A DNA stretch of 62,755 bases, the filler included. It is 8 parts of 8 records of this genome, joined end to end, with 100 filler letters (N's around TTAATTAATTAA, not from the genome) between each part and the next. Parts side by side here need not be neighbours in the genome. Positions count along the whole stretch, not along the records: positions 54,752 to 62,755 come from SRR20825006_1816; 7 more parts are not named here. One strand, written 5' to 3'. Each line of letters starts with the position of its first letter. Positions within the stretch are counted from its first letter, which is position 1. The position numbers were made by a program, and so were the translations under genes. This document shows, one piece after another, positions 58,063-62,755 of this stretch. The notes below the pieces were generated by a model. The model did no database searches. It saw only the letters and a program-made list of their open reading frames with translations, and had not been told where the DNA came from.

Positions 58063-58956
58063 TCAGTCAAACTGTTCGTGCGTGATTTTTGTGGCTCGAA
58101 TTCCTACCAGTGCACTAACGGTCCCGCTGAAGCGCGCAAGATCGCGCCAGCTTTTCTTGCGATTACCGATCAGGAAGTATGAAATGGCGCGAAGGCCAAA
58201 CTTAAGGGATAGTTTTAGTCCTTCAATCGTTGATGAAAGAGAACCTTTGTATTTGCGTTCGAAATAAATGCGTGACCAGGCAATATGCCAGAATTTGCGC
58301 CAATAATATGCTGAGTTCGGACGTACCGAGCCACCGTTGAGATGGCATATGATTGATTGTGGAACCAGAATGATGCTGTAGCCGGCACGACGCAGGCGTA
58401 TGCAGAGATCATCGTCTTCGAAATAGAGATATATATTAGGATCGAAGTAGCCGATTTCTTTTGCAACAGTCATGCGGATCAGGTTCACTGCCCCAGACAG
58501 GAACTCTACGCAAATTGGGCCATCAGCTGGTTCCTGATACGCACCTTTCTTGTGACTTTTTCGTTTCCAGAGATCTACGTCATAGCTGAGTTCAATTTTC
58601 TGATCCGCATCAAGATGGATTGGTCCCAGCATACCGGAATCAGGATATGTATCTGCCGCCTGCTCTAGTTTTGTAATTGCATCCAAGCTTACAATTGAGT
58701 CCGGATTTGCAATGATACCAAATTCCGTTTCGACCTTTTTCAGACCAACGCTCGCCGCATTGCCATAACCCAAGCCTGTTTTATTACAGATGATGAGGGC
58801 ATCCGGTCGTATTGCGCGCGCAAGGTCAAGGGTGTTGTCTGTTGAAGCATTGTCGACAACGATAAGGGGGAATTCTTTTGGAATGGCTCTGAGAAAATCC
58901 TCAAAAACCAAGCCACTGTTGTAGGTTACCGTTACGACAGTCGTTCTGGGCTTCAT
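58063..58956 (-). CDS. Glycosyltransferase family 2 (rhamnosyltransferase-like)
   Basis: VVTVTYNS, VVDNASTD, NPD, LSGA, YFEDDDLC. Confidence 0.88.
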   Translation of the reverse strand: MKPRTTVVTVTYNSGLVFEDFLRAIPKEFPLIVVDNASTDNTLDLARAIRPDALIICNKTGLGYGNAASVGLKKVETEFGIIANPDSIVSLDAITKLEQAADTYPDSGMLGPIHLDADQKIELSYDVDLWKRKSHKKGAYQEPADGPICVEFLSGAVNLIRMTVAKEIGYFDPNIYLYFEDDDLCIRLRRAGYSIILVPQSIICHLNGGSVRPNSAYYWRKFWHIAWSRIYFERKYKGSLSSTIEGLKLSLKFGLRAISYFLIGNRKKSWRDLARFSGTVSALVGIRATKITHEQFD

Positions 58957-59062
58957 CGCAGTTTCAACTTTTGTTCTGTGCAAAATAAACGCGACTGTAG
59001 TTTTTTTTCCCCGGATTTGCCAGTGCTCAGGTCGCCTCTTGGTTACCGCGGGAATTGCTGGC

Positions 59063-60310
59063 TTATCGCAACGAACAAACCGAAAGAATCCTGATCCCGC
59101 CAACCCATCGTTCGCCGGTGTAAAGTTCCATGAAATTCCGGGTGCCGGAAAGGACTTCGTGGCCGGTTTCAGTCAGTGACAATATCTGTTCGGGCCAGGG
59201 CGTGTGCGGTTGATTGTCGGCGAAGTCAAAAAGCGGTGAGCTGGTTTGCTTCATATCGGCCAGAATTTCCCGGAACATCAGATCGCCCAGAAACGGCAGC
59301 GGTTCGTAAGACAGCATAAGATGACCAAAAACCTTGCCGGCCGGAAGTGGACCGAAATCGTCAAGGATTTGCAGGGTCAGTTCCTGCGTCAGGCCAAGAC
59401 CGTTTCCGGGATCGGGCAATTCGCACAGATGGCGGTCAAGGGCTGCGATCATACAGGGGATCGGCGATTGGCCGTTATCGATTATGGCGCGCAGCGCATC
59501 GGGCTTTGATGCTCGGATCGCGGGCCAGACCGTTTGGCCAAAGGCCAGCATGGCATCCGAAACCGGCGCACGGGCATTTTCCCAGCACCAGATCAGCAAT
59601 TCGGGCGAAAGCTGACCTAGGCCGATGAAACGCTCGACCCCGGGCACCCGATCCACACAGATCAGATCAAGCCGGGTTTGCGGGCGAAGGTTCGCGATGA
59701 AATCAAGCAGGAAGGCCAGTATGAGCTGATCGTAGCTGTCATGTTCAAACCACAGCACGACATGATCATAATCGCCCAGTGTCGCAAGACCGGCATATTC
59801 GCGTTGCAGGCGCGAAAACGCATCGGGAAAATCAATGCGATAGGATGATGCGATAAAACGCGCCCGGGTTTCGATGAAGTCGGGCAGGGGCACATCCGGC
59901 ACCGGCCCCTGACAGAAGGGATCGGAAAATTCCATGAAAGCACCAACAAACCCGGCCAGTTTCAGGCAATGCGAAATATCCGAGCCACAGCGCAGATGTA
60001 GGGTTTGCACCGTATCGAGCTTCGGCAGATGCCCCGATGCGATCTGGCGCTGATGTTCGGTAATCCGGTCGATATGGGATTTCAGTTTCGGCCAGCTGGC
60101 AAAACCGTTTTCGCGCGCGATGACAATCTGGCTATCGGCCAGTTGCAGATCCTCAATGCTTTTGCCGGGCAGGTGGATACTGATGCGGGTTTGGGCATCG
60201 CCCTGTTGGGCGCGGGCGGATTTCAGCAGCTCCTTGGCGCGCTTGCGCTGCTGCTCAAGGTTAAGGCGGCCGTCAAAGATTCCGGATTTCGATGTGCGCG
60301 AAGCAGACAT
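59063..60310 (-). CDS. DUF1835 domain protein with N-terminal 'NLEQQRKRAKELL...ARENGFASWPKLK' module
   Basis: LHLRCGSD, DPFCQGP, VVLWFEHDSYDQL, RWVGG; GGGGA RBS. Confidence 0.8.
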   Translation of the reverse strand: MSASRTSKSGIFDGRLNLEQQRKRAKELLKSARAQQGDAQTRISIHLPGKSIEDLQLADSQIVIARENGFASWPKLKSHIDRITEHQRQIASGHLPKLDTVQTLHLRCGSDISHCLKLAGFVGAFMEFSDPFCQGPVPDVPLPDFIETRARFIASSYRIDFPDAFSRLQREYAGLATLGDYDHVVLWFEHDSYDQLILAFLLDFIANLRPQTRLDLICVDRVPGVERFIGLGQLSPELLIWCWENARAPVSDAMLAFGQTVWPAIRASKPDALRAIIDNGQSPIPCMIAALDRHLCELPDPGNGLGLTQELTLQILDDFGPLPAGKVFGHLMLSYEPLPFLGDLMFREILADMKQTSSPLFDFADNQPHTPWPEQILSLTETGHEVLSGTRNFMELYTGERWVGGIRILSVCSLR

Positions 60311-60329
60311 ACGATTCCCCTGTGCTTAA

Positions 60330-60413
60330 GCCTGTGTCCGCCAGACAGGCAAGGAAACCGTGTGGTTCATATGTCGATTAGACCGGGCGCAGCCCTTTCC
60401 GCGGACGGGGTGC
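60330..60413 (-). ncRNA. Putative structured 5' leader (two hairpins with complementary loops)
   Basis: Hairpin 1 loop contains GUCCGC; hairpin 2 loop contains GCGGAC. Confidence 0.45.
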
Positions 60414-60442
60414 TTTGGGAAGCAACGGCACCATAGCATTGC

Positions 60443-60479
60443 GGGCTTTCCGGTTCAAAATAAATGAACCGGAAAGCCC
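60443..60479. terminator. Perfect 15-bp hairpin after ppx
   Basis: GGGCTTTCCGGTTCA-AAATAAA-TGAACCGGAAAGCCC; no clear U-tract. Confidence 0.6.
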
Positions 60480-60502
60480 TGAATAAACAGAAGGAAACGG
60501 GA

Positions 60503-61999
60503 TCAGGGCTGGGGAAGCTGATCGACAATCACGACCCTGCTGTCGCAATCCATCAGTTTGGCAAGCTTCGATAAACGCTGTTCAACGACTTCACCGTTGA
60601 GTGCCGCGAAGTCCCTGTGCATCTGAAGTGTAAGCGTCTTGTCTTCATGAACAAGCGCCGTACCGGGAAGGATGCCTTCAACACCCCCCGAAAGGGTATG
60701 GCCAAGGCGGATGGCGTGACCGTAAAGGCGGCCAATCGCACGCGTGTCTTCGTCAAGCAGACGGTCGCTTGACTCGTCACCCTTGAAATTGCCGGTATAG
60801 CGTGACCCGATGGTATAAGCGAGGAACACCCGGTCATGATGGTTCAGATCAAGATAGGGATGATGCAGGATGCGGTTATAGCTCTGGATCGCGCGGTAAT
60901 CGGGGTGTTCGCTCCATCCGACATCGCCGATGATGCAGGCGGCAAGGCGCAGACGGCCAAGATTGCCCGGCTGATCGCGGAAAATCGGTGCCGACCAGCG
61001 ATACAGTTCTTCCCCATGCTGATGGAACCTCTCGCCATCTTCGGCAAAGCTGAGACAGGCATCAAGCAACGGATCGCGTTCGCGTAATTCATCGGGCAGG
61101 GCTTCGTACATCCAGCCTTCGCGAAGCCCGTGACTGGAAAACACGACCTCCTTGGCCTGCATGCGTTCAAGCAGCAGGTTCATGACAAGCCCCGCATGAG
61201 GCAGGCTATCGATACGGCGCTTGGAAACACCTCCAACCTTGTCAAGCGACACGCGGCTCTGCTGGGATATGATATGCGTCAGTTCGGCGATTTCGGCACG
61301 TGGCATGGTCAGGTTATGCACTACCGAAATCGGATAGTTTTCCTGGGCGATATAAAGCTTGGCAATCGAACGCCACGAACCGCCAACCGCAATCAATGGC
61401 TTGCCCGCCCCTTCATGCAGCCAGTCGATGCTTTCAAGGTGGGTTTTGACTTCGGCTTCCAGACGGGCACGGTCCGAACCAAATACCGCATGCAGGCGCA
61501 TGGCACCCAACGGAACGCTGACGCGTTTTTTGATCTCGCCTTCATCAAGCAATACCAGTTCCAGCGACCCGCCACCGATATCACCAACAATGCCGGTTGC
61601 GCGCCGATCCCCCGAAATCACGCCAAGGGCGGAAAGGCGGGCTTCTTCAAGGCCGTCAATGACCTTGACGGTCAGGCCGGTCTCGGCAAGGACCCGATCA
61701 CAAAAAGCCTGTCCGTCGCTGGCGGCACGGACAGCCGCGGTCGCCAGGATGTCGACCCGTGTGACCTTCATCGCGCGGAGCAACCGGGCAAAACGCCGCA
61801 GGGCGGCGGTTGCCATTTCAACACCTTCGGGGTTGAGACGGCCGGTGTTTTCGGGGTCGCGCCCCAGACCGCACATCACCTTTTCGTTAAAAATCGGGGC
61901 CGGTGCGCGTGTCATGCCATCAAACACAACAAGACGCACCGAGTTCGAGCCAACATCAATGATGGCGATACGGTTGGAAACCCTTTGGTCAGTCAGCAT
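60503..61999 (-). CDS. ppx: Exopolyphosphatase Ppx/GppA
   Basis: IDVGSNSVRL, ATAAVR, EEARL, DIGGGSLE, GLREG. Confidence 0.94.
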   Translation of the reverse strand: MLTDQRVSNRIAIIDVGSNSVRLVVFDGMTRAPAPIFNEKVMCGLGRDPENTGRLNPEGVEMATAALRRFARLLRAMKVTRVDILATAAVRAASDGQAFCDRVLAETGLTVKVIDGLEEARLSALGVISGDRRATGIVGDIGGGSLELVLLDEGEIKKRVSVPLGAMRLHAVFGSDRARLEAEVKTHLESIDWLHEGAGKPLIAVGGSWRSIAKLYIAQENYPISVVHNLTMPRAEIAELTHIISQQSRVSLDKVGGVSKRRIDSLPHAGLVMNLLLERMQAKEVVFSSHGLREGWMYEALPDELRERDPLLDACLSFAEDGERFHQHGEELYRWSAPIFRDQPGNLGRLRLAACIIGDVGWSEHPDYRAIQSYNRILHHPYLDLNHHDRVFLAYTIGSRYTGNFKGDESSDRLLDEDTRAIGRLYGHAIRLGHTLSGGVEGILPGTALVHEDKTLTLQMHRDFAALNGEVVEQRLSKLAKLMDCDSRVVIVDQLPQP

Positions 62000-62025
62000 G
62001 CGGTTGGTTGAACCTGCCTGTTTTC

Positions 62026-62755
62026 TTAGTCATCAAGCTGCAGCACGGGGACATTTGGATCTTCCTCGCTAAGCGCGCTGCCACGGCCCGAAAGTGACGG
62101 GTTGGTCATGAAATACTGGTGAGAGGAGAAAGCATTTTCATCGGCTTCGCACCGCTCGTAAGTCCCGTCGGGCTGCAGGTACCAAGCCTGCGCCGTATCT
62201 TTCAGATTTGCAATCATGATCTGTTCGACAATCTGGCGCTGGCAGGTGGGGTTTTCCACCGGGACCAGTGTTTCGACACGACGGTTAAGGTTGCGCGGCA
62301 TCCAGTCGGCAGATGAAATAAACGCCTTGGCCTTGCGCGACGGCAGTTTTGCGCCGTTTGCAAAGACGACAATGCGCGAATGTTCAAGGAACCGACCGAC
62401 GATGGATTTGACCCGAATATTTTCCGATAACCCCGGCACACCGGGCCGCAAACAGCAGATGCCGCGCACGACCAGTTCGATATGAACCCCGCACTGGCTG
62501 GCGCGATAAAGCGCGTCAATCACCACCGGATCAACAAGGCTGTTCATCTTGGCCCAGATGCCCGCCGGTTTGCCCGCCTGACAGTTTTCGATCTCCTGAT
62601 CGATATGGGCAAGCAGGGTCGGGCGAAGCGTATGCGGCGCGATGGCAATCTTTTCAAGCGACCGCGGGGTCGCATAACCGGTCATGAAATTAAAGATGCT
62701 GGCCGCGTCACGACCCAATGCCGGATCGCACGAGAAGAACGAAATATCGGTATAG
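62026..62755 (-). CDS. ppk1: Polyphosphate kinase 1, C-terminal part
   Basis: [42 protein letters not shown]. Confidence 0.96.
   Translation of the reverse strand, partial: YTDISFFSCDPALGRDAASIFNFMTGYATPRSLEKIAIAPHTLRPTLLAHIDQEIENCQAGKPAGIWAKMNSLVDPVVIDALYRASQCGVHIELVVRGICCLRPGVPGLSENIRVKSIVGRFLEHSRIVVFANGAKLPSRKAKAFISSADWMPRNLNRRVETLVPVENPTCQRQIVEQIMIANLKDTAQAWYLQPDGTYERCEADENAFSSHQYFMTNPSLSGRGSALSEEDPNVPVLQLDD

Noticed and set aside
1-62755. CRISPR arrays, tRNA, rRNA, fluoride riboswitch before crcB
   Set aside because: No regularly spaced repeats or recognisable stable RNAs were seen. Only 15 nt separate crcB from the upstream gene.

Overview
This is not one locus. It is a scaffold of eight unrelated contigs joined by 100-nt N linkers containing TTAATTAATTAA. 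(1) 1-17359: alphaproteobacterial housekeeping region (pccB, ATP12, HAD, rluA-family, crcB, rarA, degP-like, rplQ, rpoA) with an inserted 4-gene sugar/glycosyltransferase islet. (2) 17460-23213: Flavobacteriaceae alternative complex III start (actA/actB), SPOR protein, outer-membrane protein, infB. (3) 23314-29480: alphaproteobacterial siphophage tail segment with three antisense moron genes (GNAT, rnk-like, EamA), a textbook -1 frameshift signal, and identical 29-bp TGT...ACA element ends cutting genes at both contig ends. (4) 29581-37730: Flavobacteriaceae phenylacetate/2-oxoacid catabolism genes, with a GIY-YIG nuclease flanked by inverted REP-like palindromes. (5) 37831-43146: GC-rich alphaproteobacterial GGDEF/DUF2336/argB region. 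(6) 43247-48573: PFOR and chromate transporter. (7) 48674-54651: Flavobacteriaceae nhaD-exbB-exbD-tonB, then a Cys-rich ...FRPP leader ORF and mbnP-mbnH. (8) 54752-62755: alphaproteobacterial (Thalassospira-like) rnd ... DUF1835, ppx, ppk1. The best candidates for undescribed systems are: a Bacteroidota CruR/CutF-like metal-sensing arrest peptide ahead of mbnPH; a kissing-loop 5' leader ahead of a DUF1835 gene with an 'LEQQRKRAK' N-terminal module; a leaderless leader peptide plus switchable RNA ahead of rnk; and a GIY-YIG/REP cassette. All family and taxon calls come from motif recognition, not database searches.
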